From Eledone cirrhosa (taxonomy: Eukaryota): a DNA stretch of 64,000 nucleotides. The translations under genes were made by a program, and so were the position numbers. The notes beneath the pieces were generated by a model. That model saw only the letters and a program-made list of their open reading frames with translations. It ran no database searches and was not told the DNA's origin. The stretch is from NCBI GenBank assembly GCA_964016885.1, contig OZ024743.1:95418001-95482000 (forward strand), in the 5' to 3' direction. The number at the start of each line of letters is the position of its first letter. The stretch's first letter is position 1. Positions 1 through 14,229 of this stretch are shown piece after piece.

Positions 1-38
1 ATCACATTTGAAGGAAGTTCACCTGTCCGGCTTCCTGT

Positions 39-203
39 CGGTTTGACAGTGATTAAAATGTTGATAAGAAAAATTAGGTAAAATATAAAGTTGTTATTAC
101 AAATACTATTTGTTGTTGAAACATCATATTATGTTTGTGGCAAATTACTGTCCTTTGAAAAAAGAACAATGATTTCCTGCCTTTTCAAAGATGTAATGCA
201 ATA
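39..203. repeat. ~165-bp dispersed direct duplication, copy 1 (copy 2 at ~2342-2513)
   Basis: tgattaaa(a/t)tgttgataagaaaaattaggtaaaata...gatgtaatgcaata is near-identical at both places. Confidence 0.9.
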
Positions 204-204
204 A

Positions 205-208
<4 letters not shown>

Positions 209-275
<67 letters not shown>

Positions 276-325
276 CTGTGTGCGTGTGTGCGCGTGCGTG
301 TGTCTGTATGTGTGTGTGTGTGTGT

Positions 326-364
<39 letters not shown>

Positions 365-408
365 TGTGTATGTGTCTCTGTGTGTGTGTGTCTGTCTGTC
401 TGGCTGTG

Positions 409-465
<57 letters not shown>

Positions 466-621
466 CGTGTCTGTGTGCGTGTGTGTGTCTGTGTGCGTGT
501 GTGCGCGTGCGTGTGTCTGTATGTGTGTGTGTGTGTGTCTGTGTGTGTGGGGGGGGGTATGTGTCTGTGTGTGTGTGTGTCTGTCTGTCTGGCTGTGTGT
601 GTGTGTGTGTGTGTGTGTGTG
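209..621. repeat. compound (TA)n/(TG)n microsatellite
   Basis: direct; explains ORFs 208..639, 254..622, 256..777 and 258..632. Confidence 0.97.
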
Positions 622-743
622 ACTATATGTGAAAGTCATAACGTCGAGAGCTTGAAACTCCTAGCTGTGTATTTATTTTACGTTGTTCCAATCGACCCGG
701 ATGAAGAAAATGCGTTGTGTCAAGTTGTGTCTTGTGTCTTTAC

Positions 744-899
744 CTTTCTGTTGGACAACATCGATGGCGGGGAGTGAACTCCTGGCATATGGTTGTGATT
801 ACTAGTCTTCCACAAAACACCTTGCTCAGACTTCCACCTGGAGATGAATTTTCCAGGTGCAAGCAATTTCTCAGACAAGATTCTATTGAAGCTTCATAA
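744..899 (-). CDS. candidate 156-nt internal exon of an unknown gene
   Basis: minus strand: acceptor gttttcacag| at 900, donor AAG|gtaaag at 744/743, length divisible by 3, one open frame YEASIESCLRNCLHLENSSPGGSLSKVFCGRLVITTICQEFTPRHRCCPTE; no homology recognised. Confidence 0.25.
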
Positions 900-1522
900 C
901 TGTGAAAACGCCCTAACATATGAAAACATGTGTCTTTTGGTTTCATATTTCTTCGCAGACCGAAAAGGATACGATTCCAGTTTCGAATCTAGTTTCATTT
1001 TTCTCAGTGAACATTTCCATATATGTTTCCTTCAACAGAGAAATATGCAGGCAAATATTTATATATATAAACAAAAGTGACATTACGTTTGAACAAATTG
1101 TATATTATTAGTTCTTGTGCTTCTCAACTGGGTACTAAGTATTAAAAATATGTGAATTGGATTATACGTATGTGAAGTAAAAGGTATAGCAATGTGATAA
1201 AGATGTTCACTTCGCAGCTATGTTATTTCAAGTTCGGTATCACTGTGCGGAGCTGTCCGCAAATGAGTTCTATTAAAACGTTGGTGAGATCAATAGCTTG
1301 CGAGTGAAAGTTTGCTAGATGGAAATACATATGTTCTCGTGTGGTGGGGGCGGTTGTCCATACAGTTGTAAAATCACGTCTGGTTGACACCCGTTAGTCC
1401 AAACTTTAATTTAGCCACTTGATGAATAATGTTCAGTAAATACTGAGGTCGAAATAATCGACTAAAACTTTTACAGACAGTACTTCCACGTAGTTGTTGT
1501 CCACTGAAATCATTACAGAAAA

Positions 1523-1652
<130 letters not shown>

Positions 1653-1760
1653 TATACATATATATATATGTATGTAAAAGGTAAACAGAAATAACAACAC
1701 AATCAGTAGAGTATATGGAAGGAATATATTAGGTTAACGATTGATATAGCAGGAAGAGGG

Positions 1761-1796
1761 TCTTAACGTTTCGGAGGCTAGTCCTTCATCAGAAGA
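1761..1796 (-). ncRNA. minimal type I hammerhead ribozyme motif in a Penelope-type remnant
   Basis: revcomp tctt-CTGATGA-a-gga ctagcc tcc-GAAA-cgtt-aaga: stem I tctt/aaga, palindromic stem III ACGT. Confidence 0.65.
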
Positions 1797-2341
1797 AAGA
1801 ATGAGAAATAAGATAGATTGACGGGATGGGCGGGTTGGAATTGGGTAGCGCTTTTGTTCCATGTATGAACCTAAATAAATAATATAATATATCAGCTCTC
1901 TTCCCGATTGAACATTGTTATCCTTTTTCTCTTTTCACACCTACGGATATTTCTACATATACATACATACATACATACATACATACATACATACATACAT
2001 ACATACATACATACATACATACATACATACATACATACATACACACACACACATATATATATATATAGGCTATTTCAAGGAGTAGTTTAATTTAAACAGG
2101 AATATATTCAATATTCCAATTAATTTAGTAAGACTTCACGAAGAGAAGTTTTGTTGCAGATAATAGTTGAGAAGACCCAGTAAATGACATCAATGTAACA
2201 AACAAGAGAAAATATAGATCACATTTTATCGAATGGTAATGGCGTCTATTGATGAACCGAGGAACAAAACGAGATGTAATTTTATTTATTTCAAGATTGT
2301 ACTATGTTGCGTTGAGTGAGTTCTCCATCAGGTTAAATCAG

Positions 2342-2513
2342 CGGTTTGACAGTTATTGGTGATTAAATTGTTGATAAGAAAAATTAGGTAAAATATAAAG
2401 TTGTTATTACAAATACTATTTGTTGTTGAAACATCATATTATGTTTGTGGCAAATTACTGTCCTTTGAAAAAAGAACAATGATTTTCTGCCTTTTCAAAG
2501 ATGTAATGCAATA
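2342..2513. repeat. direct duplication, copy 2 of 39-203
   Basis: sequence identity by eye. Confidence 0.9.
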
Positions 2514-4655
2514 GTCAAACCATATAGTAATTGATCTCAGAAAGAATTATTAGTAAGCTTGATTTGAAAGACGGCGATCGTTCCGTCATTAAATATATAT
2601 ATATATTACAAATTGTGTGCCTTTTATATGAAACTTTGAGGAATAATCGCAAATTAACAACTTCCTAACCATATATACTTTTATTATGTTTCACAAAATA
2701 TTTATCACTTGTTAGAATAGGAAAAGGCGAACAATTTTAAACATAAACTCCTGCACGATCGTACACAATCAAGCATACCCTTTACTATAAAGAGAATTCT
2801 TTAAAATTACAAAAGCATGAAATATATGTCTACATACAGACACACACATGCATACACATACATATTGCATACGTGCACACAGACAAAGCCACAACTTTTA
2901 TACATTATTATTCGGGTGTTTATATTTATTTGTGATTCGATAATTTTATTTGCGTATTTACTTGGCATTGTGCTATGCTATGAATATTGCTTGAGATAAT
3001 CTTCTATATTTGTGGTAAATTCTCTACCGGATAAATGTGTTACGTAATAATGTTTATCTTCAAGGTTTTGTTTTGTATTATGTGATGTAGTATATTGCAA
3101 TCACTCTGTTGTAATATGGTAGAACACAAGTGTAGAATCATGAAAGTATTGAAAAAAGTATAAGATTAAAATAAAGAGAAAAGAAAAGAGAAAACAAGGA
3201 AGGAAAAAAAATTAAATAATGAAAAGGGGTGAAAGGGAAGGAGGTGTCAGTCTATATCCTTGTCCTGGCAGTCTATCTCAACTGCGCTCCACCGACAAAA
3301 CGGTGAAAGCATTACCGCGGCGAACAGCAAAAGACACTCGCTGCATCAGCCATTCGATTGTAAAGGTTTTAAACGTCGCATATCGACGGTTTACTTGGTC
3401 AAGTAAAACATCGGAGTCATTGAATCAGAGGTGGAAAGATTACATACGGGCAAAGTACTGGTTGTTGTTGTTATTGTTTAGCCTCAGGTCAACTCTGACT
3501 GATCATACATATAACAAAGACGTTCCAGTGGTAAATATTCAGTCTTTTTTTTTTTTTTTGCAGCCTTATAAATGTGATTTTACAATGACTTTACATTGAC
3601 CTCTAGTAAGACAAACTATCAAATATTGCGGTAAGAGTATTTGAAGTGTTATAGCTTGTACACTTTTTATGGAAACAAGCTGGTGATGTAAATATATTTA
3701 GCAGGCTGGTTCACCAAGTGTGAGGAGGCTTTGGGCTTTATTTGGGTTTCAATCAATGTATTAAACATTCATTTACAGTTGACAGACATATCTGATGATG
3801 CTTTGGAACTGCATTTTATATACAATGAATACTACTTCAACTTGTCTGTCACACACCCACACGTGGACCTTCATCGGTTACGACTACCAGTATTCCAGGT
3901 GCTCGATCTAAGAAACAGCCTCCTTGTGAAATTAACGAGTAATTACCCGAGTATTCCACAAATATGTTTACACTTTAACGTAATTCCCATGGTGATTCAT
4001 CATGGTAGAATGTGTGGCAATGCTGACCCTTTCAATTTTAGGTACAGTCCATCAAACAGTTTCTATCTACACAGTTTAACTCGAAAAGTAGAGGTCGAGA
4101 CGAGGCTATGATAAGCGACAATCGCGGAAGATGTCTCGCAGTTGGGTAGAACTTAGGGCCTAATGCCTGAAACAAACTTTTTCATCATTCGGCTATGATG
4201 CATACACAAACAGAAACACAAACACATATACAAATATACATACACAACCACACACGTACGCACGCATGTACACACACACACACACATACACACTCACAAA
4301 CACACATACTCCACAAAGACACACACAAGTACATACGCCTCTGACACTCAATGGTAGCAGAGAGTAATAAAGAAAAGATAAAAAGTTTCCCAGTCATATT
4401 TGACAGAACAATATGAAGGAAAGAACGGAAGTCCTATAGCCAAACCTACTCAATCGGCTCTACCAATAATATTCTACAGCAACTAAGGACATTAAAATGT
4501 TTAAGGGCCTTTGGTATTGAGTCCGCCCAAATGGAGAAATATCGTTGATGAAATGTCTCTATTAAATTTGAGAAAAAGAAACCACATTCCAGTTAACTAG
4601 TTTGACTCGATTACGACACAAAAAACGCGCACAATCACACACACGAACACACACG

Positions 4656-4743
<88 letters not shown>

Positions 4744-4831
4744 CACTATATAAGTATATATAAGGAAAGTCAACAAAGAAAAACAATACCGCGGAACAAT
4801 ACAGTACAATGATAATATTGTAAGAAAAGTG

Positions 4832-4867
4832 TCTTAACGTTTCGGGCATTAGTTCTTCATCGGAAGA
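4832..4867 (-). ncRNA. degenerate minimal hammerhead motif, related to 1761-1796
   Basis: revcomp tctt-CCGATGA-agaactaatgccc-GAAA-cgtt-aaga; stem II decayed. Confidence 0.5.
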
Positions 4868-5241
4868 TGCGAGATAGAAAAATAAATGTAAGATAGACGA
4901 GAGTAAGAAAAAGAGAATTCTTTCAGGAGGAAAACATGTGCGTTAACAGATATTTTTGGAAAGTCAGAAAAGTTATGAAATTTTAAATCGGGCGTCTCCA
5001 ATCTTCTAACACTCCCTTCAAACATTAAGACTACTGATGTAACCAATACGCCACTAGTTTGACGATTCTGATTCCGAAGATGGCCCCGTGAGGGAATCGA
5101 AATATTAATGCACACATGCATTTAGAAATGGTGTTGTTCCAATCTGAATATAACGATTTAATAAGAAAATGCGAAAAGTCCTTAATAAAACTGATCAAAC
5201 TCGAAGGAGCACTCTTGTGTTTTCAATATAACAAACTAGTC

Positions 5242-5498
<257 letters not shown>

Positions 5499-5513
5499 AT
5501 ATATATATAAGTA

Positions 5514-5563
<50 letters not shown>

Positions 5564-5725
5564 GGAACATATATATATATATATATAAGTAGTACAACCG
5601 TACGGTTGTTTTTTCTGTTCCTGTCCCCCAGCCCCACTCTCAAGCGTGAAACTAATATTAACATTTGTACTGCCTTTTCGCTTCCTCGTTTTTTGTTTTC
5701 TGTTTACTGCCTCAACTTTAAAATG

Positions 5726-5760
<35 letters not shown>

Positions 5761-5995
5761 AAAGGATAACAAGGACGATTGGTTACTCCTTCATTACATT
5801 TATTGGTAGGTGACGCGCGTTTCGCCACTGATCAGCTCAAGGTTCGATCTGTATCGATCCTACCCGACTCAATGATTGGCAGCTCGACGGATCCTATATT
5901 ACACTCTGTATAGCTCTACACCTCATCATAGAAGTGAACCTAAACATCGAGTGCTCTCCCGGGTGAACCTGCAGTAACTCCAAGTTACACCCCCT

Positions 5996-6036
<41 letters not shown>

Positions 6037-6639
6037 TAAAAAATGGCGAGCTGTGTTGTTGCAATTAAGTATAATAAATGAAGAATTAGAAATAGAAGCC
6101 AGGAATATCCGTCATCAGTGGTCTACTAGCCCTCATAGGTATTTCTTCGCATTACAGACAATATACCTCAAGCTTAGGGCGATACAATAACTAAATTAAG
6201 TTATTGGGATAAAAAGAGTTGGGTGGAGAAAGAGAGACATGTAAACAAACACGAATGGTGAGGCAACATAAAGAGAGGAAAAAATGAGAAAATCAAGTCA
6301 ATGATTCATTTTGAACATAAGAACGTGCGAATTTTGACGAGGAGGTAAAGACACATCTTGGCCGTGCGGATGTGAGCGAGGAAAAGGATCTCGTACGGTG
6401 TGGGACGATGGAGGGAGTGAGAGAGAGGATGAGTAGAAGAGAGTGAGTGAGTGAAAGTGCGAGGAAGAGGCTAGCCGAGAGAGGGTGACTAGCAGAGAGG
6501 GTGAGTGAAAGTAAGAGGGAGAAGGAGAGAGAAGGGGGAGAGAGAAAGAGGATAGCAGTAAGGGAAGAGAAATATATATATATATATATTTGTGTGTATA
6601 GGGGTTGTGTGTATGTTTTAAGAAAGTACTGAAAAATCG

Positions 6640-7010
6640 CAGTTGTACTGATTGTACGCGGTCAAGCGTACAGAGGAAGCATACGGTTGTTTCTCTTCTA
6701 TGGGCAATAATAAATGACATAATAGAGATTATAAGTGGTTGGAGAAATTAATTTGTATAGTGTGGTTGGGCTGTTTGTCATGGCATCTGTCTTCTCAGTT
6801 CCGATGTCCATTCTGCTTAATTGCTTTTGTATCGGTAGCCATGAAAAGTGAAAAAAAATAATATTGATTGGTTTAACATTTTCGGGGATCAAGGTTATGC
6901 TAATGTATCGAATGTCGCTGGCTGTTCTCCACAACAATGCTTTCACCACTTTCTTCACTAGGCACAGCTGACATATATCACCTAGCCATGGGTGTAGTTT
7001 TTGCACGATC
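6640..7010 (-). pseudogene. highly degraded GIY-YIG (Penelope-like) endonuclease remnant
   Basis: frameshifted motifs ICQLCLVKKVV-KA...YISIT and downstream CFLC resemble the PLE EN pattern C-x-VVYKA-YIG...CxLC. Confidence 0.4.
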
Positions 7011-7189
7011 CCTTCCCCTTCACTCTTTTTTTTTTATTATTTAATCCCCTCACTTTTTTCTCTCTCTTCCGGTTTATTATTTAATCTTTTGTTTTTATTT
7101 TTTCATCGTTGTATATTTTTGTTCAGCAATAAATGTATTTTCCCTATTGATAGAAGGGTAGACGAATTCGCAATAATAAGAAAAACATC

Positions 7190-7480
7190 GTTGATACGCG
7201 TTTTTTCCTGATCCGACATAGTTTGCAAAGCTCTGTTAATTTCTCTCTCACTGCCAGATTTAAGAAATGGGGCTTTCTCAATGATGAGATGATTTAGGGC
7301 TTGTGCGACTTAATCCTCAGATGAGAAGTCTGCAAGAGACAAGTCCATTGTGATCTGGAGTAGTCTATCTATAAATTCTTCATTTATGAGAGATGAGTTA
7401 GTACATTGTTGAAATGCTCCACCCAGCGATCCAAGAGTTTCGCATCAGTAATAAGTGTATTGGAATCCTCGTTGAGTGGA
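7190..7480 (-). pseudogene. degraded RTE-clade LINE fragment (region upstream of RT)
   Basis: translates LITDAKLLDRWVEHFNNVL...INEEFIDRL...VAQALNHLIIEKAP, resembling RTE 'ERWAEHF.SVLN...KAPG'. Confidence 0.6.
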
Positions 7481-7633
7481 TGAGAGGGAAAATGATTATT
7501 TCAAAACAATTTATATTTCTTTGATAGCCGAGGTCTCGTGTTTATTGTATATAAACATATAGTATATACTTTATACACATCCCTAATATGTTTAACGCTA
7601 TCTTAATGATACTGCTAATTTTTGATATACTTA

Positions 7634-7716
<83 letters not shown>

Positions 7717-7984
7717 TTCAAGAGTAACCAATCTTAAAGAGAGAGATGGAGATAGGAGAGGAGAAGAGAGATTGGTGAATTAGTTAGAAGCCAAAGCGTA
7801 GAGGCATGTGCTCAATGTGCAATATGCAGTGGAAGGCAGCTAGTAGGTGGCTGGGTTCATGCAGAAGTTAGGTGCAGAGAGCTGGAAATATTCATTAGTT
7901 AAGCAAAACAAGACCACACATTTCACAATGAAGACATTATTAAAATATTGTCAACATATTTTAGTTTGATGTAAGGAATGTAGA

Positions 7985-8131
<147 letters not shown>

Positions 8132-11100
8132 TGAAGAGAGAAGCAGGCGGACGGACAGAGAAGAGGGGGGAAAACTAAAACTTAAAAAACAAAAACTAAG
8201 TCAGACATTCGAACACTACATTACAATGAAACTTATGCTTATTCATTTTTGGGGCCCTTTCTGCCTGTGTGTTTGTTTGTTTATGTGTGTTCGTATACAG
8301 CGTGGTGATAATGCCACACAAGGGCCAAGTGGAATGGCGGATCCACAGATGGATATGTAACCATACATTCGCCAATCCTCGATAAGAGTGTTTAAATATC
8401 GAACATAAACAGTTCGAATAACGGTGAAATGGAGACTAGAACGTCATGTGACAGACTCTCACCCAACAGGTGCCCCCTGGCTCAGCAGCAGGAACCTGAC
8501 TGTCAACCAAATACTGCTGATGTTGGAGGAAGGAGAAGAACGAAAGGGGCCAGAACCAACTGGACGAAAGAATTGAATAGAACTGTTATGCAATGTTACC
8601 TGAAAAGTAACCCCAAGGAGAGGGGCTACAGGAGACGGATGCATAACATCTGGAACGAGATTGGTTTATTTAAATTAGATGAACAAAAATTGGCCGGGCA
8701 GGCTCGGGTAATACGAACTAATGGATGGATAAGCGAGCTGGAACTGGAGGAACTGAGCAGAGAGAATGGCTTGGAGATGGCGGGTGTAGTATGCCAGACA
8801 AGCGAGCCAGTGGGAAATGAAGGTGAAGAGGTCCTGAGAACGGAGGAACCACCCGAAGCAGACAATGATCTGAATACTGAGATAAATAATACCTGGAACA
8901 GAGATACGGCCACTGAGGAGATGAATGCTGACGGGCTAGGACAAGATTCGGTTGACATCCTAAATTTAGTGGTAGATGAATTGAACAATGATAATGGGAG
9001 ACCTATGAACCTAAGATTTGTAGACAGGAAAAAGTTAAAAGAAACAACAGCTAAGGTAAACAAAGTCATCCCATACCTTGAGGCGAGCAGCCTTCACCAG
9101 TGCAACAATATCCTCAAAGCAACAGCAAATACGGTGAGGAAACTACTTGGTATAAAAGCGAGAGGAAACAACAGACAAGAAAGAGCAGAGCCGTGGTGGA
9201 AGAAGCGACTGAGTGGGCAAATCGGGGAAATGAGAAATGACATAGGAAAGCTTGAGTCACTACTGAATGGGACACTAAAAAACATAGGCATTAAAAATAG
9301 GCTGGAAATAAAATACAAAACTAGGAGGAAAAAGCTAAATATTATCATAGAGGAACTGAAGCAACGCATTGTAGCAAAGAGTGCAAAAATCAGGCGATAC
9401 GAGAACAGAGTCAGTCAGTATAAACAGAACCGCATGTTCGACAACAACCAGAAGATGCTGTTTGGACAGCTTGGGGGGAAAGAAAGAGGCAACGACTTGA
9501 TCCCTGGGGCGAAGCAAACTAAAACATTCTGGAGAGGAATATGGGAGCAGGATGTTAGACACAATGCCCAGGCAGGGTGGATTGAGACAGTACAGAGGGA
9601 GATCGGTGAGCAGGCACAACAACAAACTGATTTGAGTATCACAGTTGAAACTCTTAAGGGGCAGGCCAAAAAACTAACCAACTGGAAATCACCAGGCCCA
9701 GATGGTGTGCAGGGGTATTGGATTAAACATTTAACATCCCTCCACCCGAAGCTGACGGCCATGTTCAATGACTGCTTGGTGTCGGGTGAGGTGCCAGAGT
9801 GGTTGACAAAAGGTACCACAGTTCTGATAATGAAAGACCGAATCAAGGGTAATGATGTTACCAACTATAGACCTATCACATGTCTGTCCGTAATGTGGAA
9901 ACTGTTGACGAGCATTGTGTCTGATGAAATCTACCATCACCTCCACACAAACAGAAAGGATGCCGAAAGAAGTCACGTGGTACAAAGGACCAGTTACTTA
10001 TTGATAAGATGGTAATGGGGAATTGCAGGAGGAGACACACTGATCTTGCCATGGGATGGATAGACTACAGAAAGGCATTTGACATGGTGCCTCATTCCTG
10101 GATCACCAAAAGCCTGGAGATCTTCAGGGTGGCAGATAACATCAGACAGTTGCTAGGCAGGAGTATGGGGTCCTGGGAGACAGAGTTGACATCAACTGGA
10201 GTATCCTTGGGAAGCGTGAAGATCAAGAGAGGTATCTTCCAGGGAGATAGCCTGTCCCCTCTGTTGTTTGTCCTTGCCCTGATGCCCTTGACCATTATGC
10301 TGCGAAAAGTGAGAGCAGGATACAAGTTGGGAAGGGGAGAGCTTACCATCAATCACCTCCTCTTCATGGACGATCTTAAGCTCTTCGGGAAGAGTGAGAA
10401 GGAGTTGGATGTGCTTGTTGACACTGTCCGTATTTTCAGCAGTGATATATGTATGCAGTTTGGTATTGGTAAATGTGGAGTCATTGTGATGAAGAGGGGT
10501 AGGTTGAGCAGAAGTAACGGGATCCAGATACCAACAGGTGAGATGATAAAGGAAATTGACTCTGAGGAAGGATACAAGTATTTGGGCGTTCTGGAGGCTG
10601 ATGGCATAAAGAACAAAAAAATGAAGGAATTGTTAAGAACTGAATACATTCGGAGAGTAAGGAGCGTATTGAAGTCACATCTGAACAGCAGAAATGCCAT
10701 AAGCGCAGTAAATTCCCGAGCTGTGTCTATTATTAGGTACAGTGCGGGAATTCTGAGATGGAATGTTGCTGAACAAAAAGAAATGGATAGGAAGACTAGG
10801 AAGCTATTGACTATCTACAACATGTTCCACAAGAGGAGTGATGTCGATAGACTCTACCTAAGGAGATCTGAGGGTGGAAGAGGTCTTATCAGCATAGAGG
10901 ACTGTGTTCAGATGGAGAAAAACAACCTATACAAATACGTGACCTATAGTAAGGAGCCAATGCTCAGAACTGTACTGAAGGAGGGGACAGTAGGCCAGGG
11001 GATGTCCAAGGAGGAAATAACATCAAGGAGGAAGAGCAGCCTTAAGGGAAAATCCCTTCATAGTACCTTCTTTGAGAAAACTGAATTTAGAGATCCACAG

Positions 11101-11877
11101 ACATGGAACTGGTTGAGAAGAGGAGACCTCAAAAAGGCTACAGAAGGAATGCTAATGGCTGCGCAGGAGCAGGCCCTCAAAACGAAGTGGTTGAAGCACC
11201 ATATCTACAAGGAGGAGGCTAGCCCACTGTGCAGGATCTGTGGAGAGAGAGAGGAGACTGTGGCTCACATTGTGTCCGAGTGTAAACACCTAGCCCAGAC
11301 CCACTATAAGGGCTGGAGACACGATGTGATGGGCAGGGTGATCCACTGGCACCTGTGCAAAGTAAACAATTTACCACATTCTGAGAAATGGTATGAGCAT
11401 AGGCCAGAGGCGGTGATGGAGAACAATCAGGTGAAGGTGCTGTGGGATTTTAGGATACAGACGGACAAAAAACTGGAACACAATAGACCTGACCTGGTGG
11501 TTGTGGACAAAGAAAAAAGATCGTGTCTGATTGTGGATGTGGCCTGCCCGTTCGACACGAGAGTGCAAGAGAAGGAGAGGGAGAAAATTAACCGATACCA
11601 GGACCTAAAGTGGGAGGTGAAAAGGATTTGGAACTGCCATGAAGTCAAAGTGATCCCGATTGTCATAGGCGCACTGGGGACTATCTCCAAAAGTTTCCAG
11701 GGATGGTTAAAGAAAATCGGCCCCTTCACGCTTTTTGGAACGCTTCAAAAGGCATGCTTGCTTGGAACAGCAAGAACCCTCCGATACGTCCTGAATATCT
11801 GAGGCTGCAGGTAGTGGCTTGATATTCAATCCAACGGACTTTCCAGTTAACCAACATCAATGACTGAGATTCAAGGA
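8132..11877 (+). mobile_element. near full-length R4-clade (Dong-like) RLE non-LTR retrotransposon inserted in (TAA)n
   Basis: single RT-CCHC-RLE ORF with one frameshift, flanked by (TAA)n on both sides; Dong elements are known TAA-repeat targeters; 5' boundary approximate. Confidence 0.9.
8429..11802 (+). pseudogene. RT + CCHC zinc knuckle + restriction-like endonuclease ORF, frameshifted at ~9950
   Basis: NWKSPGPDGVQGYW, NYRPITCL, shifted-frame [86 protein letters not shown]; ORFs 8429..10015 and 10009..11802 are two halves. Confidence 0.93.
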
Positions 11878-11907
11878 ATAACAATAATAATAATAATAAT
11901 AATAATA

Positions 11908-12526
11908 TGTGGCTCACATTGTGTCCGAGTGTAAACACCTAGCCCAGACCCACTATAAGGGCTGGAGACACGATGTGATGGGCAGGGTGATCCACTGGCA
12001 CCTGTGCAAAGTAAACAATTTACCACATTCTGAGAAATGGTATGAGCATAGGCCAGAGGCGGTGATGGAGAACAATCAGGTGAAGGTGCTATGGGATTTT
12101 AGGATACAGACGGACAAAAAACTGGAACACAATAGACCTGACCTGTGGTTGTGGACAAAGAAAAAAGATCGTGTCTGATTGTGGATGTGGCCTGCCCTTT
12201 CGACACGAGAGTGCAAGAGAAGGAGAGGGAGAAAATTAACCGATACCAGGACCTAAAGTGGGAGGTGAAAAGGATTTGGAACTGCCATGAAGTCAAAGTG
12301 ATCCCGATTGTCATAGGCGCACTGGGGACTATCTCCAAAAGTTTCCAGGGATGGTTAAAGAAAATCGGCCCCTTCACGCTTTTTGGAACGCTTCAAAAGG
12401 CATGCTTGCTTGGAACAGCAAGAACCCTCCGATACGTCCTGAATATCTGAGGCTGCAGGTAGTGGCTTGATATTCATTCCAACGGACTTTCCAGTTAACC
12501 AACATCAATGACTGAGATTCAAGGAA
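11908..12526 (+). mobile_element. 5'-truncated second copy of the Dong-like element in tandem
   Basis: near-identical to 11259-11877, 1-nt deletion at ~12145, bounded by (TAA)n at 11878-11907 and 12527-12590. Confidence 0.95.
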
Positions 12527-12533
12527 TAACAAC

Positions 12534-12574
<41 letters not shown>

Positions 12575-12677
12575 TAATAATAATAATAATATTAATAATG
12601 TCCGTTTACAATTGTTTCGCTACTCCATATAATGTTTCTGGATCAAATGATTATAGATCATTATTGATCTGGTTCAG

Positions 12678-12861
12678 GGCGGTGGATTGGCAGTATCGGT
12701 AGAGGGTCGGACGCCATGCTTTCCAGCATAGTTACGTCCCTTTACGATCTGAGTTCAAATCCCGCTGAGGTTGACTTTGCCTTTCATCCTTACGGGGTCG
12801 ATAAAATAAAGTACCAGTAATGCACTGGGTAATTGCTGGCCTTGTGCCTAACGTAGAAACA
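12678..12861 (+). mobile_element. tRNA-derived SINE (family S1) with 18-bp TSD
   Basis: A-box-like tggcagtatcgg, B-box gagttcaaatccc; TSD attattgatctggttcag at 12660-12677 and 12862-12879. Confidence 0.9.
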
Positions 12862-13142
12862 ATTATTGATCTGGTTCAGTTGAAGATAATTAACTCAGGT
12901 ACAATTAGAGCAGCTCATCGGTACTTCAAAAGGAATATACATTAAAATAAAGAAAGAATGTTACATTGGCGGCCATCTTGTTACCCATAGGCAGATCTCA
13001 CACAATGCAGCCCCGACAGAAGAATACTGCTCGACTATGGCAGACAATAGATATACCCAGAACACCATAGTGAAATACCAATATATGGAACATTACATTC
13101 ATGTAACATTCTTTCCTTATTTTAATTTATATTCCTTTTGAA

Positions 13143-13261
13143 GTTCCGATGAGCTGCTCTAATTGTACCTAAGTTAATTATTTTTAACTGAACCGGATCA
13201 ATAATGATCTATAATCATTTGATCCAGAAACATTATATGGAGTAGCGAAACAATTGTAAAC
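13143..13261 (+). ncRNA. hammerhead-ribozyme fold with extended stem II
   Basis: gtt-CCGATGA-gctgctc...~80 nt...gagtagc-GAAA-caattgt-a-aac. Confidence 0.6.
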
Positions 13262-13375
13262 GGACATTATTAATATTATTATTCTCTACATTCCTTACAT
13301 TAAACTTAAACTATGTTGACAATCTTTTAATAATGTCTTCCTTGTGAAATTTGTGGTCTTGTTTTGCTTAACTAA

Positions 13376-13439
<64 letters not shown>

Positions 13440-14229
13440 AACGAGTAGGACCCCGACGGCTGAGCTGAAGCCGTTTCGACGGCTAATTCTGGACTAAAGG
13501 AAATTTTTTATCCTGGTACATGAATAGCCGAGCTTCTCAGGAGGTAATTCCATATATGGTAAAAGTGATTGTCACAAGGATTGGTCAAAAGTTTGTTGTT
13601 GAGAGACATAATTCTATCATGGCATTTTGTGGAAGGAAGGGGTAGCTGAACTTGCCAGTAGAAGAAAGAGGGAGAGGGAGTGGAGGAAACCCAGTCGTGC
13701 GTTGAAAGTGACAACTACAGCAGAATCCTAAGGATAAGTGGTCAAGAGAAGTATACTAGGGAGGGGGAGGGGGAGGAAGTCGAAACAATAAGTAAATATA
13801 TATGGAGTAAATATATAGAAAAATAAGAATGTTAAAAATAAAAAAAACACAATTTCTGGTTACTGTTCCCCTACCATAATCATCAAATCTCTCACTGGTA
13901 CTGCTAAACTATAGAAAAGTTTAATAGGTGGGACGGAATACTAAATACGAGATTGTAGTGAAAGAATTTTATGAGTTAGTAGTAATCGGCCAAATCTATC
14001 TTACAATGACAGATTTACTTACTGTTTCGACTTCCTCCCCCTCCCCTCCCTAGTATACTTCTCTTGACCCCTTATCCTTAGGATTCTGCTGTAGTTGTCA
14101 CTTTCAACGCACGACTGGGTTTCCTCCACTCCCTCGCCCTCTTTCTTCTACTGGCAAGTTCAGCTACTCCTTCCTTCCACAAAATAGCATGATAGAATTA
14201 TGTGTCCCAACAACAAACTTTTGACCAAT

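Noticed and set aside
3600-4110. Possible degraded LINE fragment on the minus strand, or the 126-aa + ORF
   Set aside because: Only faint Cys/His hints; no motif I can support.
8459-12377. Antisense ORFs over the Dong element, and + strand ORFs over the Tx1 elements at 58.7-63.8 kb
   Set aside because: Shadow frames of real retrotransposon ORFs.
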